Below, piece after piece: positions 24,901-35,199 of a stretch of DNA of 64,000 nt. Location of the stretch: the NCBI RefSeq assembly GCF_001194135.2, contig NC_068983.1, positions 89,824,799 through 89,888,798 on the forward strand, written 5' to 3'. Position 1 is the stretch's first letter. Each line of letters begins with the position of its first letter. Below the pieces are notes generated by a model. It had not been told where the DNA came from, did not search any database, and saw nothing but the letters and a program-made list of their open reading frames with translations. Origin of the DNA: Octopus bimaculoides. Its lineage: Eukaryota. Made by a program: the position numbers and the translations under genes.

Positions 24901-27900
24901 TCCCTCAATACTGCTCCCCCTTCCCAGCTGAGGGTCTTTGTCCTACAAAGTTACTTGGTGACACTGCCAGTGCTGGTGGCATGCAAAAAGCATCCAGTAC
25001 ACTCTGTGTGTGTATGGTTGTCTGGTAAGAAGTTTACTTCCAAGTCATATGCTCTTGGTCCAATCCCACTGCATTTTGGGCAAGTGTTTCCTACTATAAC
25101 TCTGGACCAACCGAAGCCTTATGAGTGAATTTGGTAGAAGGAAACTGAAAGTTTATCATATACATATGTGTTATGTGCATTACTGTCCTTGCTTTGGTGT
25201 CATGTAATAGTTATAAAAGGGAATGTCACCAAGCAAGCTAGCACTCTCCTTCATTTTGGTCATGGAGAATATTTCCTTACTTGGAAATAGGCATGGGTTG
25301 GCAACAAGAACAGCATTCAGTTGTAGAAAATCCACTTCAACAAATTTCATCCAACCATACAAGCATGGAAAAGTAGGCATTAAACAATGCTGATGATTTG
25401 AGTTAGGATGTTATTACTAGGTGTTATGACATGGTTGGGGGTAGAAACCTGTCTGGTCAAGGAGAATATTACCTTACTTGAAAATAGGTGAGGGTTGGCA
25501 ACTGGAACAGTATTCAGCTGTAGAAAATCTACCTTAATTTCATCCAACCATACAAGCATGGAAAAGTTGGCATTAACCCTTTTGATGCCAACCTGGCTGC
25601 AGCTGGCCAAAAAACTTTTAAAATGGATAGGAGTTTCTTGCTATCAAGCAGTGATTCCGAATTTGAGGGCTTTTTAATAGAAGATATGAAGAAATCGAGC
25701 AAGGTATGAGTGAACTACAAAAGCACGTCGTGTATGAAAACGAACCTGATATTTCTGTATCTGAAACTGAAAGCAGCGATTCTGAAGAAACCGAAAGCGG
25801 TGACAGCAAGGATGATTTTACACCTGAATGTAGTAAGAAATTAAAAAATATTTTTATCAACAATTTTTCTGAGGAGATTGGATCTACTCATAGTCTTTCT
25901 CAGGAAGCAAAACGATTAGACTTTTTTTTGTATTTTTTCCAGTAGGTTTGTTTGAAGCCATCACTGTAGAAACAGAGCGTTACGCTGATACAAATTACTG
26001 GAACAATAAGGAATCTTTTGGTGATCAGTACATTTTCAGTATTATGTCAAGGACATGACTTGTGAAATTGAACCATCATCGATTGCATTCAAAATGCATA
26101 TAAAACACTCTACAACCCTGATAGATACCTATCCGTCGATGAGGGCATGGTGGGGTATAAAGGAAGGGTATACTTCCAACAATATATGCCAGGAAGGCCC
26201 ACCAAATTGGGGATCAAAGTTTGGAAAATTTGTGGAGCAAATACTGGGCACTGCTGTGGGGTTAGTTTTTATACTGGGAAAAAGAGACAATGTTAGTCAG
26301 CATGGCCTGGGGTATGATGTCTGGAATTTATCACTTCCATACCATAAACAAAGAGGGTGAAATAATCCAACAGCAGAAAGGAAATCTGCTCGCAGCCGCA
26401 TACAGAGATAAGAAGCAGATAAATTTTCTATCTACCGGTGCACAACCATGTGTAGATGAAAATGGCACCCCATTTATGAGCCTTGATTATAACAGATACA
26501 TGGGCAGTGTAGATCAGTGAAACTAAATGATAAGTTATCTGGTTGGTAGACTGGGTTATAAATGGTGGTGATACCTGGTTTGATACAGAGTAAACATGAG
26601 CATTGTATATGTATTTATATTACCATATTTTAACATGTATAAGGAACCTTTTTTTTTTTTTTTTTTTTTTTTTGTCAAAAGTTAGGTTCAGAAAGTATGG
26701 GAGTTTCTTATACATGGATAGTATTAGAATCCCTTACAAAACCTTTTCCAAATTTTAAGCCCCAAAAATGAGGTGGTTCCTTATACACATTAAAATACAG
26801 TATATACCAAATCAGGAGGGGCTCAAAAGCAGTGTGACCATCTGTAGTTCTGAGCAGATGTAGCAATGCAGTTGGAGGCAGGTTATTCCTCCAAAACAAT
26901 AACTGTAGGAAGGAAAAGCAAAACTTGCCTGAGAGATATCCCTCAGAGTTCAGTCGATCTCCATAAATTAGACAAAATCGAGGGTCGCAAAAAGCAGTGA
27001 CATGAATGTCTACATCAACAAAGAAAAATTCCCAGTAGACAGCCTGTTGAAACTTCTTTCCAATGTGCATTCTGCAAAGTTGTATGTAGAGTGGGATGTT
27101 TTACAAGTTTCCATGAGAGAAATATTGCATGAATATTGTATATATGTATGATTAGATTGTATATTTTTCAAATTTACTTCGTTTTTACTTTTTATTTGCC
27201 TGTAAGGTGAGTGACAAGTTTTGATTTAATTTCTATTGCAAATCTTTATTATATATGTCCTTGTGTATTCATTTTTTGTTTTCTTTAAAAACAAGTTCCA
27301 GTATTTCATTTTATTTTACTTTTACCTGTTATGTGCATTAGATTAAACTGATAATCTAGTATTATGCACAATACTTCTATATTAAAATTTTGTTGCATAT
27401 CCAATTGAATATTGGCTAATGACTCATTTTCTATGGTGATGTTTCAACAAAATTTAATTTAATATTTTGCTGAATTTGCCTGCAATTAGTCACTTTGAGA
27501 CTAAAGTTATGCAATAGAATTAAGAACCCTTTCTTCAACTATGTTCCAAAAATCACGTTAATATGTTAAGTTACAGTTGTTTAACCCTTTCGTTACTATA
27601 TTTCTGACCAAAATGCACCCCTCATGAGTTTCAATTAAATTCTAAAATAATCATGAATTTAGACTAGTCTCATTAAACACCTGTAACTTTTATTTATCAA
27701 CATATTAATGTGATATTTGGAACATAATTAAAGAAAGGGTTCTTAATCAATTCTATTGCATAATTTTTGTCTCTGGGGTACTGCTAGTGTCTCTCACATG
27801 TAAATATTCGTTCAGTTTCACGAATCGTACTCGTTCATAATACTGGAAATATATTCATCGCCAAAAGGTTCCTGATCACTCCAGTAATTTGTCATTCTGG

Positions 27901-30900
27901 GTAACTGTCTAATACCCATAATAATATTTATGGCAAAAAATGCCCGTATTTCATCTACAGTTGCAGGAAACCACAAGCTATCTTTTTTCTCCGGTTTGTT
28001 TNNNNNNNNNNNNNNNNNNNNNNNNNNNNNNNNNNNNNNNNNNNNNNNNNNNNNNNNNNNNNNNNNNNNNNNNNNNNNNNNNNNNNNNNNNNNNNNNNNN
28101 NNNNNNNNNNNNNNNNNNNNNNNNNNNNNNNNNNNNNNNNNNNNNNNNNNNNNNNNNNNNNNNNNNNNNNNNNNNNNNNNNNNNNNNNNNNNNNNNNNNN
28201 NNNNNNNNNNNNNNNNNNNNNNNNNNNNNNNNNNNNNNNNNNNNNNNNNNNNNNNNNNNNNNNNNNNNNNNNNNNNNNNNNNNNNNNNNNNNNNNNNNNN
28301 NNNNNNNNNNNNNNNNNNNNNNNNNNNNNNNNNNNNNNNNNNNNNNNNNNNNNNNNNNNNNNNNNNNNNNNNNNACCACGTGCTTTTGTAGCTCATTCAT
28401 TCTTTTCTTCAATATCTCCATATCTTCGGTTGAAAAACCTTCAAATTCGGAATCACTGCTTGATAGCATGAAACTCCTCTCCATCTTCAAAGTTGAAAAA
28501 AATTAACGCCGCAAAAAATGTGGGAAAAAATCTTCCAAAATTCACTGAGTTCAAATATCATGCCAAACAATGTCGGAGACAATAACTCAACTGTTTACAA
28601 AGTGAAATCAGGTGTTTTAACGAATTTATTAACGAGATTTGGGTTCAAATATACATTTAAATAACAATGGGTATGCTCAGCCAGCTACAGCCGGGTTAGT
28701 CTTATTAACAAAAAAATTTTTCGGCCGGGTTAGTAGCGATAGGGTTAATGAAACGTCTAAATTCATGATTATTTTAGAATTTAATTGAAACTAATAAGGG
28801 GTGTTTTTGGTTAGAAATATAGTAAGGAAGGGGATAAACAATGCTGATGATTTGAGTTAGGACGTTATTACTAGGTGCTGTTATTATATGGCTGGAGGTG
28901 AAGAAAAGGTAATGAAAGGGTAGCAGTGGACTAGGAAAATGTGAATCGTTCACTAATGTAGATGAAGAGTTTAGAATAGAGAGGTTACTTTGTAGCTGGA
29001 TCTAAACCAGGTGAAGTCAATTATGTGATGGCTTTTCTATATACAATAATACAAAATGTAGGGCAAATTTATTTGGAAGTGGGTTTGAATGTTGTTAGTT
29101 TATATTGATTTGTGACCAAATCTTGTTTTTATTTTTATGTAACTTAAACTGTTTTATCTATTCTTAGATACCACACTATGGTGATGTTTGTTCTCGCCTT
29201 GGCATGGCTAGCCAACAGCAGATCAGTGATCCAAATCATCGGCGTAAATGTAAGAACACTAAGGATTTAATAATGTCACCATCTCGGAAAAAAGCTATCA
29301 AAAGGTACAGAAAATTATATTGAAGTCTTGAAAGCTAAGGGGCTTCAATGCAGAGCTTTGTTCTATTTTTAATGGGATTTGTTATATAAAAAAAAATATG
29401 CTTTAAAATTTCATGCATTTTTCCATTACTATTATTTTTCCAGTTATTTCTTGATACTCAATGGAATTGTACTAAACTGATTTTATCATTCTCCACCTAT
29501 TGTTTAGAAACATTTTCTGATTTTTATGATAGTTGTTGTAAAGCTTACAGACTGTTGAGATATCCCAGACATGTCGGCTGGGCTACTAATAAAATAGTTT
29601 ATTAATAGAATGTTGAGTTTGTTAAATGCTACTTCATGTTTGAAAGTCTGTTTTCCTATTTTTATAAGAGGCCCGAGAAAAAGTATTCAATATATAAAGT
29701 GATAAGTTAATTGTTTGAAGCTGATTTACTCTATCACTACTCTGAGTTTCTCACTTGCATGTGTTTGCAATGCAAATGCATCCAGGTGAGAAACTCATAG
29801 GGTTGTGAATCATCAGCTTGAAATGAATTTAAATTATTTTATCCCCACTAAAAACCAGTGGTGTATGGTGAAAGCTTGTGTGCTAAATGATGCAATAATT
29901 CTTCTATAGAATACCATTTTCATAAATATTGCTGCAATTATGAAATGCATAGTTTAATGGTAAATAGAAATGTGCAATACTTATATAGAAATTTGTGTTG
30001 AACTGTGTTAGCAACACACTCTGTACCTGTTGTAGTGATTGCATTGACTAAATTATTTGCCTCCATTGTTTGAATACATATTTCAGATCAATTAGTGAGA
30101 AAGATTTCTTTGGTGTTCCAACAACATCTAATGGTAACAACTCTACTCAAAACCAGCTATCTCCATCTTTGCTCAATGAATCAGTATTATCCGGTTATGA
30201 GGGGGACGAGGAAGATTTTGTGATAGACAATGATCGTGAGTATAGTTATTAGTTTATTTTTCGCTTCAGTTTACTTAACCAGAAATATCAGTCTATTCTT
30301 GCATTGCAGATGAGTGCTTAGTAGTAGGAAGACTATTCGGCCTTGAAAATAATTATGTCAACAAAACTCCTCCCATCCAAAATTTATGAAAAATAGATGC
30401 AAAATTTGTGCGTGCCATCTTGTGTATATCTTTTTAATCATAATTTTTTATTTTTTACATTTTTTTTTTTTTTCAGTGGAACATAGACCTATGGATGTCC
30501 CATCCACTTGTTCCTGTGATCCTGTTGACTGTGGTGTTGGTGGTATGACGGCTGCTCCGGTCCGTTATCAGGGTCGATCTTACATTGTCTTTACAAGATC
30601 AGCAACTTCTAATTCTACCACTGCTGCAAGTTCTCATGTGGATTCACTACCAAATGGAAGCTCAGACAACAGCAGTGCACGCCAGGGGTCACCTTGCAGT
30701 CAGCCAGATGGCTGTAATCTCTGCCATTTACTTGACATCCGATCTCAGGCAAGAACTGTTTATGATTCTGGGACTGAAGAGGACTCTGATGGTGAAGATG
30801 ACAATGCCAAGTTAAATCCTGCTTTTATGCGGACAAGATCTCGTGTGCGACCACACTGTGTTGTTGGCAGTAGCTTCAAAAGAAAGTGTAAAACTCAGAT

Positions 30901-30934
30901 TGGTAGTGCTTCAAAAACTTTTGTCATTCCATAG
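15440..30934 (+). CDS. CCNF: Cyclin F (F-box only protein 1), spliced gene; 14 coding exons identified, first coding exon unresolved
   Basis: Exons joined by hand at GT-AG sites keep one frame (2336 nt from 15440 to TAG 30932-30934). The product has an F-box (LPEEIL), FIRPPWS, the MRYILVDWLVEVA cyclin box, IREAAWLTDNTYKYEDVVKMMGEI and SGYEGD, all diagnostic of cyclin F. Confidence 0.97.
15880..16400 (-). mobile_element. RTE LINE 3' fragment in CCNF intron
   Basis: Minus strand LTYGHECWAMTER, AEVGLLQKISGV, QLRYYGHVIKM. Confidence 0.75.
16594..16700 (+). CDS. CCNF: CCNF exon (VHPYFQNLIDNSLSIWSVVNFQDSWPSPNNIKHFE)
   Basis: ttttcag| acceptor, AA|gtgagt donor, 107 nt, WPSP motif. Confidence 0.95.
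17795..17862 (+). CDS. CCNF: CCNF exon (AASQCNVEALVKLALAHLYNEG)
   Basis: ttttcag| acceptor, T|gtatgt donor, 68 nt, LYNEG motif. Confidence 0.95.
18098..18288 (+). CDS. CCNF: CCNF exon (PGDKENK..WLFIRPPWSLNGACCK..LRR)
   Basis: tttgcag| acceptor, AGG|gttagt donor, FIRPPWS motif. Confidence 0.95.
18954..18993. repeat. (TA)n microsatellite; others at about 41948-41976 and 60009-60055, (CT)n(CA)n at about 16846-16889
   Basis: Direct inspection. Confidence 0.95.
19030..19188 (+). CDS. CCNF: CCNF exon (VADPKIQ..AAFMLWEKKYINN)
   Basis: gtttcag| acceptor, AAT|gtaagt donor, phase 0-0, 159 nt; matches ORF 19021..19251. Confidence 0.92.
19943..20175 (+). CDS. CCNF: CCNF exon (QNLEPSEELESIRELRDIA..ELTPNMR)
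   Basis: gatag| acceptor, AG|gtaatt donor; matches ORF 19949..20179. Confidence 0.92.
20782..20946 (+). CDS. CCNF: CCNF exon, cyclin box (YILVDWLVEVAEMK..LQLLGVVSMLVCS)
   Basis: cttccag| acceptor, AG|gtgagt donor, 165 nt, canonical cyclin-N motifs. Confidence 0.97.
21040..21345 (+). mobile_element. SINE family 2 with internal (TG)n and CR1-like tail
   Basis: GTGGTAAG..CTTCCCAACCACATGGTT head, GGATTTGGTAGACGGAAACTGAAAGAAACCC core; related copy near 24990-25190. Confidence 0.65.
21820..21943 (+). CDS. CCNF: CCNF exon (YLGKDIITIREAAWLTDNTYKYEDVVKMMGEIVATLKGSIR)
   Basis: ttctttag| acceptor, AGG|gtaagt donor, 124 nt. Confidence 0.97.
22369..22549 (+). CDS. CCNF: CCNF exon, cyclin-C (RPTSLDF..YICELCLLHSELGQYSAAEMAASA..)
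   Basis: tctttcag| acceptor, G|gtatgt donor, 181 nt. Confidence 0.96.
23228..23315 (+). CDS. CCNF: CCNF exon (DLLWPEKMVLFTGVCLRDLSACVIHIHRK)
   Basis: tatgcag| acceptor, TG|gtatgt donor, 88 nt. Confidence 0.94.
23752..23851 (+). CDS. CCNF: CCNF exon (CFFEGVVIDHRDVVLQAVKLRYSNENFDKVSDRT)
   Basis: ctattcag| acceptor, ACG|gtaagt donor, 100 nt. Confidence 0.93.
25200..25576 (+). repeat. Tandem duplication of an RTE 3'-tail unit; the second unit is split by the piggyBac insertion
   Basis: GGAGAATATT..CCAACCATACAAGCATGGAAAAGT.GGCATTAA occurs twice; the second unit resumes at 28838 (ACAATGCTGATGATTTGAGTTAGGA). Confidence 0.8.
26623..26800. mobile_element. pogo/Tigger-type MITE nested in the piggyBac transposase
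   Basis: About 28-bp TIRs (CCATATTTTAACATGTATAAGGAACC / GGTTCCTTATACACATTAAAATACAG), TA on both sides; the transposase frame (..VFILY) rejoins across it. Confidence 0.8.
27585..28744 (-). mobile_element. piggyBac internal-deletion copy of the same family, inverted, inside the older copy
   Basis: TTAA TSDs at 27581-84 and 28745-48; TIRs CCCTTTCGTTACT / CCCTATCGCTACT; MERSFMLSSSDSEFEGF and WFPATVDEIRAFFAINIIMGI..YWS; contains gap 28002-28374. Confidence 0.9.
29168..29304 (+). CDS. CCNF: CCNF exon (IPHYGDVCSRLG..MSPSRKKAIK), basic NLS-like end
   Basis: ttcttag| acceptor, AG|gtacag donor; phases fit both neighbours. Confidence 0.88.
29718..29819. repeat. Intronic long hairpin (palindromic MITE or pre-miRNA-like)
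   Basis: TGAGTTTCTCAC/GTGAGAAACTCA perfect 12 bp, extended inner stem, outer AAGCTGAT/ATCAGCTT. Confidence 0.7.
30087..30235 (+). CDS. CCNF: CCNF exon with SGYEGD motif
   Basis: tttcag| acceptor, C|gtgagt donor; LSGYEGDEED. Confidence 0.93.
30477..30934 (+). CDS. CCNF: CCNF terminal coding exon (PEST-like tail)
   Basis: Long poly-T tract and cag| acceptor at 30476; frame of ORF 30386..30934; TAG stop. Confidence 0.9.
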
Positions 30935-33545
30935 CTGACTGTTTTCAGGAATGTTTCATTGTTTATGATGGTGATGATCATGATTATTGTATGCATGTGT
31001 GTGTATATAGATAAATGTGTGTGTGAATATTTATCTAAAGCAGTTTTAGATAAATACACAGCTGGTGAATCTTGGCCTCATTAATAGGGGGATATTATTT
31101 TTTCTGTATTAAGTGGCAAAAAATAGCATTAGCTGAGTCTGTAAAATTGTGACTTATTTTTGTGCTTAGTATATTCGTGTTTGATGTTATCAACAATGGT
31201 TTATGTTGAAAGACTACATTATTAAAAAAAAGATGTGTAGGTCTTTGGTAATGACATTTTTCACTACAGCAAAGATGATATATAAAATATTAAACAATTA
31301 TTGCTGATGGTAGCATACTGATACCAAAAGGTAATCTTTACATCTAACTTAATATGGATGACTTGTTAGAACACCGAATACTGCATTGTTAGCTTTGAGA
31401 GATTTTCTCATATAGAAGCTTGGTGCATAAAAGTACACCTAGAGATCGTAGCAAACGAAATTCGTCTGTCATGGGTGCTGGAATTCCCATATCACATTTT
31501 GATTTATTGGACCTCGTCAGTGGGATGCACTGGTCACTGCATGCTAGTCTAGTCTTTCTGCCATTATATATCTGCATCTTTTAATGTGTGTGCTTTTATA
31601 CACAAAGCACCTATTTGAGAGGATTTCTCAAGGTTAGTAACATAGTATCCGGTGTTCTATCAAGGCATGCTTGTAAAGTTGGATTGAAAAATATTAATTT
31701 ATCACTTATCTCCAAACTGATGAGCAGTCAAGTAAGAAGTGGGCTTTCAACAGATAATTTATACCTATTTGATTCTTTGTTATAACCATTTCGCCTAAAA
31801 ACTCTACAGCTGTGTATTTAAAACTTGCATGAAGGGAAGTTTTACTTCAGTTTCTCTCTTCTCTCTCTAATATATATATTATGTATTTAGAGAGAGAGAA
31901 TAATGTTCAGACATAATCACTCTCCTGCTCACACTTTCTGTCATTACATTATTGCTCAATATAAAGTGGGATGTTGTACTTGAAGTTGAAATTTGTTCCA
32001 TGAAATCTTTGTTTAAACTATTTGTGGTTAGTGTCACAGAGCAAGAGATCAATAAACTGAGTCCATAAGCTGGTTTCTATTCTTTGCTGAGGTAAATTCA
32101 CCTCAACTATACCTCTTGAGGAAGATATGAATGCCAAATTCTTTCATTACTTATCTCATAAATTTCATTGTCTTGCAGTGAGAGGTCAATTATAAACTTT
32201 CATTCTTTGAAACTTTGTCTATCTCAGAATTGCAATATTTTGTTATTCCAAAATTTGAAAATTTTGTTAAAGCAATCTATTAGAATGTTTCATAGTTTTA
32301 GGTTTAGTCTACTTCTCACTCTTATGTATGCAGTGGATGGATAAGCTCCACATTTCTTTATATTTTGGAATGTGTGTGGGCATGAGAGATTGAAGTTATA
32401 TAGAAGTTTGTAAAAAATTTATTTTATTTATTACCTTCAGACTACATGCTAGCTGTGTGATGTTCTATCCATGCTGACTCCAGCAGAGTAATATTTAAAC
32501 TAGTCTCTTCAGAACATTCAAATTGACATTTCTCACTCCAAAGTTATTTGTCCTTCGAGTTAAGTTGGTATTGCATTTCTACATTCTGTTGTTTTATTAG
32601 CATTCAAAAGTTGAGCCCATTCCTAACGTTACATAATTTATCACTTGATATAAAATACATGGAAGTTTTATTTTTCAAGTACACCTTTTGGTTTCTGTTG
32701 TAATAAAAGCTGTCAACTTCTGGTTAAAATTCTTTAAGTTGTCACAGGAAATTAAAAAAGAATTACAAAATGTGTTAAGTATTATTTGTGGGTGTTTCAT
32801 CTGTATTCTTACAATTTAAACAACATTGCTACCTTCAAATTGTCATCATAATGGAAGTGTGATTTGAGGTGATTGTTTTATTTACTCATTACTTAAGCAA
32901 TCATGTGTTTATATTTGTGTAAACAAGTCCAAATATTAAATTGTTGCCAATATACTTCCCGAGCATTTTAGTTACATTGTTATTAAATGTCATGTTACAT
33001 GAATTCTCCCAACTCTTTAGTTTTCAGTACTTTTTCTTTTTTGCAGTTTTAACGTTTTGCTTTTGATTAATTTATTTCTTCCTCTTATAATCTTTGTTGC
33101 AAAATTGTCATTAGTACATACTTTGCAACGTTTAGTTTTTTTGTTGTTGTTTTTTTCCCTTAAACTATCATCAAATATTAAGTGTAATGGAACTAAGGGC
33201 ATTCCATTGAATCTTACATATATAAATTAATATATATGCAAGATGTTCCCCATATTGTGGCTCCTTCATCATTTATTCCTCCTCTAATTCAATGCAAAAG
33301 ATTTTTTTTTTTACTGAAAGAAAGAAATCCAAGTATATTTCTGTCTTATTTATAGAATCTGACAGCCTTCTTTTTTATTTTAATTTATTTTTTTATTCAC
33401 GATCTCTTAACATTTGTAATATTTTAATTTTGAAGAAGAAAAAAGACATTAATAGAATTTTGAATAAATAATTTGCAACAAATAATTTTTATTTTAATAA
33501 AATTTAATTTAAATTTATTTAATAAAATGTTATTAAAGACAATTT
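30935..33545 (+). other. Probable long CCNF 3' UTR with poly(A) signal cluster
   Basis: AT-rich, no recognisable TE; AATAAA at 32702, 33463, 33496 and 33521, followed by a GT-rich tract near 33575-33625. Confidence 0.5.
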
Positions 33546-34494
33546 TAAGTTTTAGAGAATGTTTAACTCCGTTATCTGCTGTTTAGTTGTTTCATTCTTT
33601 CTGGTGGGTAGTTTGTGTAGCTGTGATGAATCTATACCTTATCGTTGGTTAGGGGAAGGAGAGTTTGATCTGTTTTAAAACTGGAGAAACTGGAGCAGCG
33701 CACTGAACCCAAAGATCTTTGAGATTTGTGAAACAGTTTTAAAAGCCAAAGTTAAGTACATCAATATATTTTTAATGTGCCCAAGCATGGCCACAGTCTA
33801 CAGGCTGAAAGAAGTATTGAGATTCGGAAAAAAACAGCAGTTGAATCTTGGAATCATTGTTTTGTGTGCTTTTATGCAATCTTGGATATGATTTGAGAGA
33901 CTAAACTATGTGTGCATTATCTGAGTTGTAATACAGTAGAATCATCTTCACAAGTTTCTCATGTCTTAACTTTGACTGTTGTGAGACTTCATTTTGTGAA
34001 AGGATGGATGACCACGAATACATTTCACTTGTAGACCCCTTCAAGTGCATATATTACATTGACCTATGGATGTTTAAGCTGAAAAAAAATAATGCTTCTC
34101 TAAAATTCAACATAGGTTGAGCCTCTGCATGTTTACCTGAAGTGTTAGAAGTTGCAACCAAATCTTACAAATTCTATTACATTACTCAAATGCATTTGAT
34201 CAGAAGTGATCTGGTTTCAACTACATTAGGAGCAGTAACAAATTCTTTTAATACCTTCCCATAATGGTCAGTCATTAATTGGAAGACTTTGTCCAAATCA
34301 ACTAGGCCAGCAAGAAGTCTGATTTTTAACTTTGGCAGCTGGGCAGGTGTTCCATAAATAGAACTTTTTTTTTTTTTTTTTTTTCTGGGGAGCCCAAAAG
34401 GATATTGCGAATGGTATGGTGTGAAGGAAGATTTACAGCCATTTTATTGGGAGTTTTCTCTCTTCCAGTCTGCAGTCCAACCTGCCATCTAGGC

Positions 34495-34745
34495 ACATCA
34501 TCATCATCATCGTTTAACGTCCGCTTTCCATGCTAGCATGGGTTGGACGATTTGACTGAGGACTGGTGAAACCGGATGGCAACACCAGGCTCCAGTCTGA
34601 TTTGGCAGAGTNNNNNNNNNNAGGACTGGTGAAACCGGATGGCAACACCAGGCTCCAGTCTGATTTGGCAGAGTTTCTACAGCTGGATGCCCTTCCTAAC
34701 GCCAACCACTCAGAAAGTGTAGTGGGTGCTTTTACGTGTCAGGAG
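34495..34745 (-). mobile_element. RTE-type 3' tail with (GAT)n; 51-bp duplication across a 10-N gap
   Basis: CATCGTTTAACGTCCGCTTTCCATGCTAGCATGGG motif. Confidence 0.8.
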
Positions 34746-35199
34746 AGGAACATATAGGATGCTAATGTATTCATTCCTTTTCCAAAAGTGTTAGGGGTTT
34801 AAGCAAATTGCTATTTCTAACAGATGGATCTACCATATGCTCTCTTGTTGGGTTATGTTTCTTTGTGCATGGCTTTGATAGTTGCTCTACTTTGACTGTA
34901 TCTACCTCCTTGTTTCATATGGATATTGTTGAATGGACAAGAAAGTATACGCCTCACCTGTAAAAGTGTCCAGATTCTTCTGAATATACTATTCTCCACT
35001 GTGACCATTTACTATCATACATGTATTACTTATCACTAATCCCATACTCTAATCTTCTGAATTGGAAATCTTTCCCTTCACACTGACATCCAAAACTGTT
35101 TAACTGAGGCACTGTAGTATTTTTCTTTGGTGCACTGTTTTGTAATTTCTATCAGTGTGGTGCAAATATTTCAGTTTCTACATTTGCTTTACACGACAT

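Larger units (their letters stand above)
25577..28833 (+). mobile_element. piggyBac (PGBD4-like) element, older decayed copy
   Basis: TTAA|CCCT left end, GGGG|ATAA right end; MDRSFLLSSSDSEFEGF, LSVDEGMVGYKGRVYFQQYMPGRPTKLGIKVW, YNRYMGSVDQ, C-terminal ETSFQCAFCKVVCRVGCFTSFH; stops and frameshifts. Confidence 0.92.

Noticed and set aside
30386-30476. ATG start and hydrophobic N-terminus of ORF 30386..30934
   Set aside because: This is intronic polypyrimidine sequence upstream of the acceptor at 30476
31390-31590. GC-richer patch with two open frames of 50+ codons in the 3' UTR
   Set aside because: No recognisable homology or donor site and no SECIS-like core; cannot be supported as coding
34559-34672. 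Exact 51-bp duplication across a 10-N gap
   Set aside because: Typical unmerged contig overlap
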